From NCBI RefSeq assembly GCF_001194135.2, contig NC_068986.1, positions 30,801,735 to 30,865,734 of the forward strand: a stretch of DNA of 64,000 nucleotides, in the 5' to 3' direction. The first letter of the stretch is position 1. Each line of letters begins with the position of its first letter. The position numbers and the translations under genes were made by a program. A model generated the notes under the pieces. That model was not told where the DNA came from, did no database searches, and worked only from the letters and a program-made list of their open reading frames with translations. The stretch is from Octopus bimaculoides (taxonomy: Eukaryota). Positions 12,726-27,630 of the stretch are shown here, piece by piece.

Positions 12726-15700
12726 TAGTCAATGATTTTTTTTTTTGAAGTTTTTCCTAATTGCAAATAAACTCATGAAATAAAAAACACTATTTACTTT
12801 CTGCCAAAATATAAAGCAGTATCTACTCTCAACCAAATAATTCTTTCTACCCAAGAATCAAGTTTCATCGTCTTACTTGTCAACCTTATAAAGTTCCTGG
12901 TTACCTCTTGTGAGATTATAAAACACTTTATTCAGCATCTAAACATATTAAATTTACCAAGCTTTCGAACAGTTACTATTTATCCTCATCATACATACAT
13001 ATATATATATATATATATTTCTAGTTGGTTTCATATATTACACTTATGTCATCATCATCATCACATTTACTTTTCTATGCTCTCAGGCAAGACTCCATGA
13101 GGGCAGATTTTCCTGTGGCTGGATGTCTTTCCTATCACCAATCCTCACCTGTTTCCAAGTAGAGTAATAGTTTACATGTTCTGTTGAACAACGGAACAAC
13201 CTGGACATGCTTTTGATGTGAACTGCTGACAAAACTACAAAACTATGCTGTTTGTACGAATGCTGATGCTTTTTATATAACTGGTATGCATGTCAAGAAG
13301 ACAAAGGTAATGCATACACAGTTGAGTGCACGCACACACACTGGATTTTTTCCAGTTTTAATTTTTCAAATTTCAGTGACGAGGTATTGGCCAACCTGCA
13401 ACTATAGTAGAATACACCAACTGACTGTGTCCATGTGGTGGGATTGAACTCCAAACAATGTAGTCCTGAAATGAATTTCTTAACCACAGGGGCCACACCT
13501 GTGCTTATATGTAATACATTGTTTTTCATCAGATGGTGTCTTAGAATTATTCAATTTCAAAACTGTTCTAGTTTCCTTCTTTGACAACTGTACAATTTTG
13601 TATACTTATTTAGTGGACTCCTTCATCATTACTTTCAGTAAATACAGTGAAAGATGGTCTTCATTGATGAGATTAAAATAAAACTGAAACTAGTCTAGAT
13701 TTATGTCTGTTTTTGCTAGATAAAGAAAAAATAATATTAGTCATTGACTAATATTCTTTATGCATAGAATATTTATTTCCAGCTAGCTTTTTAATGCTCT
13801 ATGAATTAGATATGTTAACATCAACTTACTATTAGCTATTTATTAGTTTGCAAAGTTATGCTGCTGCAATTTATATATAGAAAATTGCCATAATGGTTTC
13901 CTGATGTTTCTTTTTTCCTCAGTCTAATGAAAAATACTTGTTAAAAATTTATTCCTATAGTAGAGATTAATGCAGCAAAGTTTTTCATGTACCACACACA
14001 GACACACACACATTCAAATTAAAAAAAATTTCTGTGGAACAATGAATTATAACATATTTCCATCCTAATGAATTATTGATTATGTTTGTGCTTAAAGGTC
14101 ATTAGTTCAAATAATATTTTAGCATTGTTCCCTTAAGCAAGACACACAATACTCCACATCTTTACTGAAAATAGACATCATTCTAATTTTTCAGTTGACT
14201 TGTTTGACATTGGAGATTACAGTTGAAGCCAATGCCTAAATTTCCAGAAACACCTCATTCATGTTAACAACAGGATGGGGGAGAAGGGTGTTGTTATACC
14301 CTTAGGCAAGTTATATTACTTGCTTTAGTCAACCTAGCAGAAAGAAGATATTGCTTCAATATCACTTGGTATTTAAAAAAACAGAAAGAAAAAATGCAAT
14401 TGCTGCAATAATTGTGCTGGAGTCGACATTTCCAAAGCCAGGTCACTTGTAGTGTTAACATGTGAAAAACTATTTTATAGAAGGCTTACTTTTGGCTGTT
14501 TTCTCAGTTTATATATTAAATTATATATTGTAATTTTGTGAACAGCATCAGTAGTGACAAGTTTCCAATGTACCTATCATTGATTCAATGTAGTTTAGAC
14601 AGCGAGAGGGACAAAGAAATGTTTGTGCAAGTTGGGATGCAATGAATACCATGGCTTTCTGTGCTTCATTATGTTTTTTGCTTGATGCACTGATTTATCA
14701 GTTTTCTCACTGATATTTAAATCTATTGCCGATATACCTAAGTGAGATGTATATATCACCATCATCACAGTCTCCTTTATTTTGCTGGCATGGGTTGGAC
14801 AGCTCAACAAGAACAGATGGGCTAGAAGACTACACCAGATTTTATGTCTGTTTTGGCATGGTTTCTACAGTTGGATGCCCATCATAATGCCAACCACTTA
14901 ATACAGTGTACTGGGTGCTTTTAATGCGATACCAGCACTAGTGAGGTTACCAAGTACCCACAAAAAAAGACCCCTCAGCTGAGTAGGGTATAGAATGGCA
15001 GGATAAGAAACTATAATAGAGAGATATGGAGCAGGTGTTTTGTTGAAGAGGTGAATACATGGCTTGCTCACCTGGAAAGAAAGAGAGAGGTGGGTGGGGC
15101 GGTTCAGGTACAAAATGAATGAAAGAATAGGATAAAAAAGCAGAAAGTGTGTGTGTGTGTGTGCACTGAATGAAAATAATGTGACAGAAGATTGTGTGGT
15201 TAAGAAGTTTGTAGTGAAATGGGTTTTGTGTCTGGTCTCACTGCAATGCACCTAGGTAAGGGTCATCTATGAGATTCCCTCAGATGGCATTGATAGGCCC
15301 TGGTCTGATCAATGAATTTGTTGATAAGAACTGTAGAAAGCCCATGAATGTTTATATTGCATGCTTGTCAACACTTGAGTGTAATAGTGCTGGCGTAGAC
15401 ATTATGACCAGTTGCTGTAGGCTTTCAAAGACTTGTGGAATAAAGAAATCTCTTACTTGAAAAACATGCAAAGATTGAGAACAAAAAGAGCATCAGGTCA
15501 TAAAATTCTGTCTCAAATAACTCTCTATCCAACCCCTTGCTAGTATGAAAAAAGGACATTAAATAAATTTATGGAGAACGAGAAAGAGGGAGAAAGAATG
15601 AAATATGACTGGGATTGAATCCAGATTCACATGTATTCAAAGCAAAACTCTAAGCTATGCTTTATACCCTTGTATTTTGGGAATTCATTACAGCAATTAT

Positions 15701-18025
15701 TCTAATTATTATTAATGATTACAATAATTATTATAATCAAAATATATAATTAATTTCATTATAGTGGTTAATAATGAGTTTAAATTCTTTTAGTTTTTTT
15801 CACATTTCAAGTTATCTGGATTGATAACATAGGCACCATTAAAAGCAGATGATACTGTTGATGATGTTCTTTTCCTATAAATTGGTTCTTGTGCCTTATC
15901 AAAACAATATTATTATGATAAAAATACATTATCACCAGCAGCAGCTGCTACTGCTGAAATATAAACTGAAGGATTAAAAAGCTTAAAAAAAAAAAAAATT
16001 CCCCAACTTCCAAATTAGGGTAAAGAAAGCTCTCCAATTTACATAAAATAAATATTAGTTTTCTCATTTCAGTTAACATGCTGGTTTGGTTGTATATTTA
16101 TAGCCTGATGAGTCTTGATAAGAGGATAACATAACCTATGTTTGCTCAAGAATTTACTTGAATATAAAAAAAAAAAATTCTCGTTAATACCAAAATTGTT
16201 TTTGTTCAGGCAGACAAAAATATTCGAGAGACTTTTGAATGGCCTACTAGTAGCATTACCAATATGTTAACAGTATATGATTTGTTCACAAGATGTAACT
16301 TTTATCTAAGAATATTTATCAGTTTTCTTTTCTGAATACAGGCAGTTTGTGAAGCCATTTGTCTCTGGCAACAAAACAAAATTAGATTCTTTGAAAATTA
16401 GTCAGTGAAGATGAATGTCATCTGAGTAACCTCTTCAATGTGTAGATCTCACTGGCTTAGTCTCTTCACTGTACATTTGTCGTGTTACAATATGAGCGTT
16501 CATGTTTATTTGTTTTCTGTTGTGCATTTCTGGTTGGAGTGCTGCATATGTGTATGTGAAGTGGTGGAAACCAAACAAAATGCTTGTGCTACAGCTAACT
16601 GAGGATTATTGTCTCTTTTGGAGTCTTTTGTATTTATAAAACTAATTTATTCTATAATCCAGAGATTAAATACAGTTTTCTGATCTAGTTTACCCCTACT
16701 CCATTTCTGAATAAAACAATTAGAAAACAAATATGTTTCGTTTTGAAATGAATGGTATTTCTTCCATAGATCTCCTCTTACTTCTTAATGTTCAGAGAAA
16801 TTGTTGTATTTTTGACTCAAGATTTGTTGACACAAGCCAGCTTTCTTTGTAATAAAGAAAAATGGCTCATTTTACAAGAGCTTTCTATGTAATATACTTA
16901 CTGTTTCTTTTTCTTTTTTGATTTGTTATATCATATAAAAACTTTTAGGATTTTAAAAATCTATTTCAGTACATTTCCTTATAACCTATAATAATAGTGA
17001 TGCTTTACTGCTCTACAAATTATATCTTGATTGTTGCCAACTACGCATATAGAGAGATGTAAACACCTTATCTTTGTATAACATCTTGATAAACAAAAGA
17101 AAAAAACAAACAAACAAATAAACAAACAAACCAAGTTTAGTAAGTAATATTGTAGTATAATGTATTTTTGAAACCAAAAGTGTACTATACTATGCAGCAG
17201 TTATTTATTAGTTGAACTAGCTGTCAAGAATGTATTTGTTTTTATGTCGGCTCTTCCACGCTAACATGGGTTGTAAATGACTTTATTATTGAGATATTGT
17301 TTTACAGCTGGTTGCTTTTGTCATGAACTCCTTGTTTTCCAAGTGAAGAATCTCTTGTTCTACATGTTTTTGAGGGCACAAAACCTATAGATGATTTGTT
17401 GACAAGAGAAATGACAACATAAATGCTTCTAGTTTGTTAATTTTCAGACAAGTGCGGTAAACACATACACACACACACATGGCTACATATGTAAGGGTTT
17501 TTTCAGTTACCATCTATCAAATCTGCTCTCAAGGCTTTGGTCAACTGAGAGCTATAATAAAAGATACTTACTCAAAGTATTATGCAATGAGACTGAACAT
17601 GAAAGCATGTGGTTGGGAAGCAACATTGGTACCTTGCCTGCACCAATGTTATATATGCAAATTGGTCTGTCCAGTTTATTTGAGCTCTTAATAATAGAGG
17701 AATTATTAGCAGTCTCTCCGTGAACAGTCAAACAAGGTACTGAGTTGCTGATGAAATTCCAACACGGAATTGGAACTAGGCTTCTGATCCTGCTTTTTCT
17801 ATCCTCAATGATTTTGTATATAATGGGAAAGTGTTTACATTTGTCTGTTACAGACAGTGTTGGCTAAAGAAATTCTATAGATATATTTTCCAGTACTGTA
17901 TAGCATTGAAACAAACCACTCTAATTCAAGTATATTTACACATGCACACGCATGCACACACACACAATGTATTTGTTTGTCTGTCTGTTTATCTCTGTCT
18001 CACTGTGCATTTTCTTTATTGAAGT

Positions 18026-18209
18026 TTAACCCTTGAGCATTTAAGCCAGCCATATCCAGCTCAAATATTCTGTCAAAACTACTCATATCCATCCTTAAGC
18101 CATCACATCATCCAAATCTTGAAGCTAAGGATAATACTTGTTTAATTCAAAACAAAAGGAATAAACAGGCATTACATTTGACAGAGTAATCTGAACGCTA
18201 AAGAGGTAA
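18026..18209 (+). mobile_element. piggyBac-like MITE copy (degenerate)
   Basis: ttaacccttgagcatttaagccagccatatcc ... cattacatttgacagagtaatctgaacgctaaagaggtaa; colinear with 29253-29466. Confidence 0.7.
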
Positions 18210-18499
18210 ACCTATAATTTTTTTAGGCCACTGGCTGTCACTATGCCACAGACTTGCCACCCCCATTAGAAATAGGAACGTGTCAAAATTTTAATAGTGA
18301 TTAAACTTTAGTCAATAAAAGAAAATCTATTGAATTACATCAGCTTTACTAACTGGCTGTTAAGTGCTCTGTGGACTACAACCATTGTGATTCTTGATAT
18401 TGGAAATCCCATCCAATTAGACTGGCATAATATTTCCATTCTCAATTCATGTGTGTCCTGCCATTTTTGAATATTTTTCTGTCTGCTTAATCTTTTATC

Positions 18500-18870
18500 T
18501 TTTACTTCTTTCATTCATTGGACTGTGGCCATTTTGGTGAACTGCCTTCAAGAGTTGAGCAAATCAACCCCAGTACTTAATTTTTCTGATTCTGGTACTT
18601 ATTCTTTCAATCTCTTTTGCTGAACTGCTAAGTTACAGTGATATAAACTAACCAATTTGTCAAATAGTGGTGATGGGGAGGGGCAAACAAAAGCACACTT
18701 ACATGTACTTGGCAGGCTTCTCCACAGTTTCTATTTACCAAATTTACTCACAAGGTACTGGTTGGCTCAGGGTTACAGAAGAAGGCATTTGTCCAAGGTA
18801 CCATACAGTGGAACTGAATCCAAAATCACAAGATTGCAAAGTGACCTTAACTACACAGCCATATCTGTGC
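18500..18870 (-). mobile_element. Family A SINE (degenerate)
   Basis: Plus strand tttacttctttcattcattggactgtggccatttt...tttctatttaccaaatttactcacaagg...actacacagcc; colinear with 41118-41592. Confidence 0.7.
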
Positions 18871-19621
18871 TTTGACAATTAAAAAATTTTTTTTACATTC
18901 TTCATTTCTTAACCGTAACAATCCTTTCCTTTCACCTTCAATGGAATAAAATGCATAAACTGAAAATGAAGAATTGTCACGATACTCTTGGATGAGAATT
19001 TCTATTATAAGCTAAGAATTACAATAAAATCAATCAAATAAACAGTACACAGCACTGAGAACTCAACTTGTAAGTCCTCTGCAAAATTCAATCCAATATG
19101 GCTGCTCTTGAAAATTTAAATACCATTCAAATGAATACATTTCTTTCTCGACAGTAACAGTGATTAAGAACATTAAAGCCATTGGATAAGCGATAGTTTC
19201 AATTTTAATTCAAGGAAATGAATGCAAAAATGTCATGTGACAATGATCTAAAGTTTAGTGTAATTAATAATACAAAATGATTAGCATAATAGTCTGATCG
19301 ATTGTTGCAACACGATATTATTCAAATCCTATATTTTTAGTCAGTTGATGACTGTATTAGGTTGATTTGTAATGATGAATTAACTGTTAACTGATTGCAT
19401 CCAAAGCACAACTTGATTTCTTACACAGCCTAATAAATCAAAGCCCAAAATATTCTTCCATATATTAGATGTTTCTTTCATTCAGCACTATTCTTATCAA
19501 ATATGAATTATTTATTAACATTCTTTATATAATTTTCTTTCATCCCACTTTGTCAGTCTATGTGTGTATAATATATATATATATGTATAATATATATACA
19601 TATATGTATAATAATATATAT

Positions 19622-19755
19622 ATCATCATCATCATCGTTTAACATCTGTTTTCCATGCTAGCATGGGTTGGACGATTTGACTGAGGACTGGTGAAACCAG
19701 ATGGCTACACTAGGCTCCAATCTGATTTGGCAGAGTTTCTACAGCTGGATGCCCT
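19622..19755 (-). mobile_element. Short RTE 3'-end fragment inside a (TA)n tract
   Basis: atcatcatcatcgtttaacatctgttttccatgctagcatgggttgg...acagctggatgccct. Confidence 0.8.
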
Positions 19756-20310
19756 ATGTATAATATATATATGTGTGTGTGTGTATGATGTTGATGTAAT
19801 AAAAATTTACCAGTTTCAAGAGAACATAAAATAATTCTTTTTTCAACTGGTGAAATTTGAAGCAGACAAAGCTATAAACATTACCATGTGCATATTGAGT
19901 TTAAAAAATCCTTTGGATAGAAAAAAAATCAAAGGCTACGGGAGATCCAATGGCTGAACGTCTTTCATGTTTACATATGTGGCTTTGTGCCCCACAGACG
20001 GCCTTTGACTTTTTCTATCCAAAAGGACTTTTAGCTCCAAATTTACATATTATTTATAAGCTTTCTCTACTCTTAAAAGATACTCTAAAAAGGTATATTT
20101 TATTTGTATTTTAATTTCTGAGTTTTGCAGATGTCATTGTTTTTGTGTTATATACTTGGATGAATACTATTGAGGCAGTTTTTTACAGCCAGCTGCTCTT
20201 CTTGTCACCAATCCTTCCTTGTGTTTCAAGTAGAGTACAAATGTCAATAATTCTGCAACAGCAATCAAATGCTATAGTTGTTTGTTTGTGAAGATAATGT
20301 TCAGTTGTAA

Positions 20311-20398
20311 AGGTGCAGGAGTGGCTGTGTGGTAAGTAGCTTGCTTACCAACCACATGGTTCCGGGTTCAGTTCCACTGCGTGGCACCNNNNNNNNNN

Positions 20399-20449
<51 letters not shown>

Positions 20450-20665
20450 ATGTTGTGTATATACTTGTGTGTCTGTGTTTGTCTCCCCACTATTGCTTGA
20501 CAACTGACGTTGGCGTGTTTATGTCCCCATAACTTAGTGGTTCGGCAAGTGAGACTAATAGAATATGTACTAGGCTTATAAAGCCTGGGGTTGATTTGTT
20601 CAACTAAAGGTGGTGCTCCAGCATGGCCGCAGTCAAATGACTGAAGCAAATAAAAGAACAAAAGA
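20311..20665 (+). mobile_element. Family A SINE, partly collapsed across a 10-N gap
   Basis: ggtgcaggagtggctgtgtggtaagtagc...gcgtggcacc[N10], then the (TA)n and the tail ggtgctccagcatggccgcagtcaaatgactgaagcaaataaaaga. Confidence 0.8.
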
Positions 20666-22337
20666 ATCCTCAGAGCTTGTCCATGCTTTCAGTTTTTTTT
20701 TCTTTCTTTTTTCTTTCCATCTGAATGAAGTGTCAAGGATTATTAATAGTGTCATAAGGTCAAGGTTTTTTTTTTTTTTTTTCCTTCAATGAAATACAAT
20801 GTTGTTTACTTGCTTAATCCTAAACATATTTTAAAAAAGAAACAAAGGTCATGTAAATTTATTTCCAAGCATTAGTAATCTATAGGAAGAAAATAGGGCG
20901 CAACTGAGAACTGAATTGAAATCCTGGTCACTAGCTTTCTGTAGTACACATTTGACAAAATGCCATTTTAAATAAATACAATACAGCCATGAAATTAGCT
21001 GACTTAAACACTCCAGATGGTGAACAGGTTAACAGCTTAAGTGATTAAGATCTCATTGATGGCAGAAGAATCTAGAGCTGAATATCAGCTAATTAGTAAA
21101 GGTAAAATTTCAGCTAAATTCTTTAATTTCCCCAAATAAGTAGTAGTAGTAGTACTAGTAATTTCTTGCTTTATCAAGTCCCCTTCTCCTGATTCATTAT
21201 AGTAATATGAGTTGCTTGCTGTTCGGGGTTATATTTTCTTTTCTTACTCATTAGATGTCTGTCTTGTTAGTCAGTCTGAGATGTGCACTAATTTTTTTCA
21301 TCTTTTGAGAAATAAATAACATTGAATGCATTTTATACAGTAGTTTTTGTTTCTCTATCATTTCCATCTTTTATCTCTTCATATCTATATAACCTTTATC
21401 TGTAGGATATGCATTGTACTCTGTGTCATACTTAGGCTTTCAGTTTGACTTAGCTGTGAAATTTTTGATTCAGATATTTTGCTTTTTTAAATTTTCAATG
21501 ACTTGCATTAAAAAAAAATAAAACTCAAGTTTTAGGTCTCTCTAAAATACATGCCAAAGCTTTAGATAGATACATTCTTGTGGTTATCTTAACTAATGAC
21601 TAAACAGGATATTTTTGTTACTTGGAGGAAGAGCTGCAAGAGATCTTTAGTTTAGATTTCAACAAAGAACATATGCTATGTTTTTTTAATTACAAATTAT
21701 CAACTAAAGTGTATTGTATGAGGAGATATAATCGTAACATTTTAGCTATAGCAAGAACAGAAGGAATTCCTTTTCTGGAAGAATAGTGATATGCACTGCT
21801 GCAAACTTGTCCAACTGATGGTAGCATGTAAAAATAGACATTAAATGATACCATTGTGCATATGTGTGTGTGAATGAGTGAGTGTATGTGTGTGATTTTG
21901 AATTTTACTTGAAATTTTTGTTTCAAGGAGATTTAAAATTTCTAGTGTATTTATTTTCTGACAGTTTTGTGTTTATAAATAATGGTATTACAATTCCAAG
22001 AGAAACATATGTGGAAGAATTATTCGTTTATTTCAGCACCTTTCTTATGTGATGTGATACAAGGGGCTAATATAAATAATGGATAAAATGTTTGTTACTT
22101 GTTGCCCAAATTTGGTTGCTGCAAAAAGAAACAAAAAAAAAAAACTTTGTATTTTAATTCAACTGAGTAAATACTTCAGATAATGAATATATTTATCTGT
22201 TAATGTTTAAAAAAAAAAATTTTAAACTGCCATATTTTCTTTGTTCAATAAATGAAGTAAATTAGATAAAAACTTGTACACTCCTTGGAGTAAAAATGTA
22301 CACTTATAAGCTGAACTTATTCTCTTAGGGGAATAAG

Positions 22338-23255
22338 TTAGCTGAAGACATGCATAGGCTCAAAGGAAATGAAGCTAGCATGATCCGCTGGATGTGTAAT
22401 GTCAGTGTGCACACATGACAGAGTGTAAGTGCCCTGAGAGAAATGTTGGACATAAGAAGTATCGGATGTGGCNNNNNNNNNNGTGCACACATGACAGAGT
22501 GTAAGTGCCCTGAGAGAAATGTTGGACATAAGAAGTATCGGATGTGGCATGCAAGAGAGACGTTTGCGTTGGTAAGGTCATGTACTACGGATGGATGAGG
22601 AGAGCTGTGTGAAAAAGTGCCACTCCCAAATAGTGGAAGGAATCCGGGGTGGAGGGAGACCCAGGAAGACATGGGATGAGGTGGTGAAGCATGACCTTTG
22701 AGTGTTGGGCCTCACAGAGGCAATGACAAAAGACCGAGACCTCTGGGGATATGCTGTGACTGAAAAGACCCAGAAAATAAAGTGAGTTCACAGTTGTAAC
22801 CTACACCAGTGTTGCATAAGCAGCCCACTCCAAAGTACCTTGGATCGTTGGGCGGCATGCTGTGCTTGAGGAGACCTATTGAGTCAAGTACATCAAAGTC
22901 AAATCAAATCACAATCAAATGGAAATTGTAGTTGTGATCCCTGTGCCATTGGCACGTAAAAAGCACCATCCAAATATGGCCGATGCCAGCACCACCTTGA
23001 CTGGCTTCTATGCCGGTGGCATGTAAAAAGCACTATCCGATTGTGGTTGATGCCAGCCCTCTCTGGCCCCTGCGTTGCTGGCACGTAAAAAGCACCCACT
23101 ACACTCTCGGAGTGGTTGGCATTAGGAAGGGCATCCAGCTGTAGAAATACTGCCAGATCAGACTGGAGCCTGGTGCAGCCTCCTGATTTCCCAGACTCCA
23201 GTCGAACCGTCCAACCCATGCCAGCATGGAAAACAGATGTTAAATGATGATGATG
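22338..23255 (+). mobile_element. 5'-truncated RTE LINE: ORF2 C-terminus, 3' UTR and (GAT)n tail
   Basis: Translates AEDMHRLKGNEASMIRWMCNVSVHT*QSVSALREMLDIRSIGCGMQERRLRW*GHVLRMDEESCVKKCH...RPRKTWDEVVKHDL*, with stops. Followed by a UTR with ggcacgtaaaaagcacc subrepeats and the tail gttaaatgatgatgatg. Confidence 0.9.
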
Positions 23256-24758
23256 TTGCTGTTTCATATTTGATTTTGTGTTGGTCACAGTTTCCAATAT
23301 TCATTTAAATATTAGTTTCACTGAAATTATTATTAAACCGTCTTATCATTAATACAGATGTTGTATTATTTATTTATTTGCTTAATTTATATTTAGTGAA
23401 ATATTCTAAAACTCAAGTAATTAGTGAAACTAACTTGTTTGGCAAGAAACTGATAAATACAATGACTGGAAACCTAGCACCATGGAGAATGAAAGCTACT
23501 TGGATAATTAAGTCTAATCTATTCTAGCAAATTTAATACCACCTTTTAATTTTTTAGACATTTTATTAATGTATACATTATATATGAAAGAAGATTAACT
23601 TGTAATTTCTGAGAAGGATGTAATATTTCCTCAATGAAAGCTCTAAAACATTGTCTGGTGAGGAGCCATCTTGAATTTTAAAACAATGTGAAGTAAAGGT
23701 TGTGTATTTCCTGAAGGATTTTGCTTTCCTGAAGGTTATCATGAACCTTCCATTGCCAGACTGCTTTCTTCATCTATGGATATCTTCATGAAGAGTTGCT
23801 ATCTTCTAGAATTTATTTCGGTCAATAATATTCTCCTATGATCTTTCACAATTGACAGCTGTAGATTCAATTTTTGCAACACCAAAACAAAAAGCTTATT
23901 CTTTCTCTTAGTTTTTGATGGTTTCTTTTTAATTTTTTAATTTTTGCTTTAGAATTGTTAATTTTATTAACAAGAAAATTGATTTAAAAATATCAATTCT
24001 ATTCTTCTCAAAACACAATTAAATTGTTTTGTTAAGATAATTTACTGATGTAAAAGATATATTTTTTTGTTGTTGATAATTTAGAACTGAAAACAATGGG
24101 TTATGTTTTGGCTAAACTGATAAAGGGAGTACAATTCTTTAGTTTTAAGTCTTCAATTAGTTTAATATACACTAGATCAATCAATATCCCTATTTAACCT
24201 CAGTGATAGAACTACTTGAATGATCAGACACAGTCGCTAGATTGATGGAAGGAAATCTCTGCTGTGACAGTAGCGCCATAGTGTTAGTGTAACACGAGAA
24301 AGTCATTTTATCGAATATTTTATTGATTTGATATCAATCATGTTGAAATTTAGCCGAGGCCATCTTGAACAATGTCTGTTTGTGTTTTTGAACAGCTGGT
24401 CTAGTTGATTAGAAAATGGTGCTCAGATGATTTCTTTGTTACTCTAACTGGTATTGATTACTTAGTTAGCTTCAAGGTCAGATGTCTGTCTCATTAATTT
24501 ATTTCAACTAAAATAATGCTATTTTTTTCTCTGGTGACTAGCTGCTTGAGTATGGTGTGTGTATGTATATCTTTGTCATCATCATCACCTTTTTTTTTTT
24601 CACCATACTCCCATAGCGTTAAGGTCTATTTCCCATATTAACATGGATTATCTTGTTTTGCATTAAGACCTATCATCACCTGTCTTTGTGAGACTTAAGT
24701 TTGATTTATTTCTTTAATTAATTCCAGGTTGGTTGTGTTGGCAGAAACATTAGAACAT

Positions 24759-24987
24759 GGCGGCGAGCTGGCAGAAATGTTAGCACACCGGGCGAAATGC
24801 TTAGCAGTATTTCATCTGTCTTTGTTCTGGGTTCAAATTCCGCCGAGGTCGACTTTGCTTTCATCCTTTTGGAGTCGATAAATTAAGTACCAGTTACACA
24901 CTGGGATCGATGTAATTGACTTAATCCCTTTGTCTGTCCTTGTTTGTCCCCTCTATGTTTAGCCCCTTGTGGGCAATAAAGAAATAT
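24759..24987 (+). mobile_element. Full-length tRNA-derived SINE, family B, with target-site duplication
   Basis: ggcggcgagctggcagaa...gttcaaattccgccgaggtcgactttgc...caataaagaaata. Direct repeat gaaacattagaacatgg at 24744-24760 and 24988-25004. Confidence 0.9.
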
Positions 24988-25510
24988 GAAACATTAGAAC
25001 ATGGTAGTAAATTGCCTTACTATATTTAGTTTTTGTCTCTACATTCTGGGTTCATATCCTGCTGGGATCAACTTTGCTTTCCATTTCACTGTAGTTGGTT
25101 AAATAATTTATATATTGAGTCATGTATGTATGTGTGTATTTTCTAATCTATTAGGTGCAGATGTGGCTGTGTGGTTAAGAAGCTAGCTTTCTAACCATGT
25201 GGTCTTGGGTATAGTCCCACTGCCATCTACTATAGCCCCAGGCCAATCAAAACCATGTAAATAGATTTGGTAAAAGGAAACTTAAAGAAGCTCATTGTGT
25301 GTGTGTTTGTCCTTTTTGTAGACATCATGAGATAGTTTTAAACAAGCATCATTGTCATACAAGCAAGATTGTTCATTTGTAGTCTTCCATGTAAAACATG
25401 GTATCTTGGGGAAATTTCGAACCTGGGTTCTCATTCCTAAATATAGAACTGTAAAATAAATTTGTTTGAAATTTTAAGGTGTTTCCATTATTTTGTCCAA
25501 CCCCTGTATG

Positions 25511-25548
<38 letters not shown>

Positions 25549-26122
25549 TATGGCTCTCCTACAAAAAATTTGTCCTTGTTCCTAGTCTTAAGAAATCGTT
25601 ATACTGAATTGGTTTCCAATAACAAAAATCATCACTAATAAATAACTGATAATTAACTAACATTGTTTTGAAGCAGGAAACATTTTGAATCTCAATATGA
25701 ATAGTGCTGATGTTGATTTGTCTATATTATTGACTCAAGGGGTTTCCCCAGGCTCTAATATATCAATGATGAAATACGAGAAACTAGACAGTATTTTCTA
25801 TTGCATATAACCATTTATGTTGCTGGTGAAATGTAGTCTGTAGTTATTAATACTTTCATTGATTTTACAAATATATATTATATACTTACCAGCAAAGTAT
25901 TACAAGGTGTGTGTGTGTGTGTGTGAGCATAAGCTTGTATATGATAAAAAATGCTTGATTAATGGAATCATTATTTTTAGTTCACTGATATGTTTTGACT
26001 AATATAATTTCTACTGTGAAAATGGAGGTTTTTATTCAACTTCTATATTTTTTAGGGTTTTGCCATCAAGTTATCTGTTAGTCAAAAGTTTTTTTCTTTG
26101 AAGGCAACATAGAAACTGTGAA

Positions 26123-26162
<40 letters not shown>

Positions 26163-26319
26163 TATGAAACCATATTGCTTTCAACCCCCACCTCCTGCTC
26201 TATTGCTAATGTTTGTTGCTTCAAACAAAATTGATTTTTGTCTTTTTTAGGTGAGCACAAGGCCATAGATTTTTATACTACTGTACTAAACTTACTCATC
26301 CATCTCATGTCACTTATCT

Positions 26320-26412
26320 TCTCTCTCTCTCTGTCTCTCTCTCTCTGTCTCTCTCTCTCTGTCTCTCTCTCTCTGTCTCTCTCTCTCTGTCTCTCTCTCT
26401 CTGTCTCTCTCC
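26320..26412 (+). repeat. Compound (CT)n microsatellite with periodic GT interruptions
   Basis: ctctctctctgt-like units of about 10-14 nt repeated about 7 times. Confidence 0.85.
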
Positions 26413-26439
26413 AGGAGGGCTGGTACAGTGTACGAACAT

Positions 26440-26700
26440 TGACTTTCTAGTGTTGATGGATGTGCAAGTGTTAGCAATAAGTAGCAGTACCTGAAATAAA
26501 AATATCTTATAAACTCTTAATGGGTGGTTGTGTCACCACCAAGGACATTGACTTTAGGTAGTGAGCCAAGGCAAGTCAGGTGTTTGACTGCAGTTTTGAA
26601 AGTTGCGGGTAATGGGGTTAAGAGTGGTGGAATAGCTCACCTTGGAATTCAGTGCAGATTGTGTTGGCTGAGAAAAAGTTTAAGTGGAGTATGAGCAAGC
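26440..26700 (-). mobile_element. Possible decayed CR1/L2-group LINE 3' end
   Basis: Minus strand contains ctgaattcc...ttcaaaactgcagtcaaacacctg (FKTAVKHL), resembling the LWNSLP...FKxxVN terminus of this group. Confidence 0.35.
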
Positions 26701-27404
26701 TGATGTTTTTTAAAAAAATTCTTAAAGAAAATATCTTAGGATAATTATTAATTATGGATCTTACAATCTGAGATAATTATCTAGTCTTTTTGTTTTTGAA
26801 TTAGAACTCCTTGCATTCGGTAAAATTGTGTTTATTACGGTAGTTAACATGAGGCATTCTTGTATAGTTATGCCCTTATATGTATATAAATAATGGATAT
26901 GTAGATATGTAAGAAACATTATTCTGTCCACTGGCAAGTGTGCTATATACAAGGTCCATTTTTCCTGGATGACTACCAATAGAATAATATATAAAATTCT
27001 TTTTGTTTTTAGTTGACATTTTATAATTGGTTGCAAATAACTTTGTAATATTTAATTTCAAAAGTTAATCAAACAATTAAAAATTTAAAATAATTATCTT
27101 AAGTTGAGCATAATCGTTTACAAGTAGCTTAAAAAATTAAGTTATATGCTTTCAATTTAATCAGAAAGATTGTTATTATTTTACAGATTAATTTTATAGT
27201 ATTTCAACTATATTTAGTACTGTTATGTTTACTTATTAAAAAATATTAGCATAATTTTGAAAATTACCTTTCAAGTTTTTTCATTATTCTTTAGAACATG
27301 TAGGCTGCCTTGTCAAAGATCAAGTGTGAGATTTTTTAATCTTTGATAAAGTGTTATTTATTTATTTTATAATGCATTTGAGCAATCTCTCATCTGGATG
27401 GGAT

Positions 27405-27630
27405 GACAATCGGTTTCTGGTAGCTGTTAAGCTCCAGGTCATCCTGGATTGAGTAGACCTATGATCAAAAGCGTTCTGGCTGTGACTATCCTGTCTCTCT
27501 GGTGCAGGATTTATCTAGGAATGTATTACCTAATGTATGTTCCTATTTTTTAAGGCAGTAGTGTGATTTGAGGGAAATTTAGTTGCTTTCTAGCAGGTTA
27601 AGAGACCTCAATGAGGCTCCCATGTTGACT
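27405..27630 (+). repeat. Unclassified ~230-bp interspersed repeat (family D)
   Basis: Motifs gacctatgatcaaaagcgttctggctgtgactatcctg and tgtgatttgagggaaatttagttgctttctagcagg. Related copies at ~9755-9975(-), ~41645-41850(-), ~42280-42810(+) and ~47445-47620(+). Confidence 0.7.

Noticed and set aside
16211-16410. Two acceptor-like sites (tttgttcag, tgaatacag) followed by short open stretches
   Set aside because: No good donor before stops and no recognisable peptide.
22950-23100. Regularly spaced semi-palindromic ggcacgtaaaaagcac repeats resembling a CRISPR-like array
   Set aside because: They are internal subrepeats of the RTE 3' UTR, seen in every copy, in a eukaryotic context with no cas genes.
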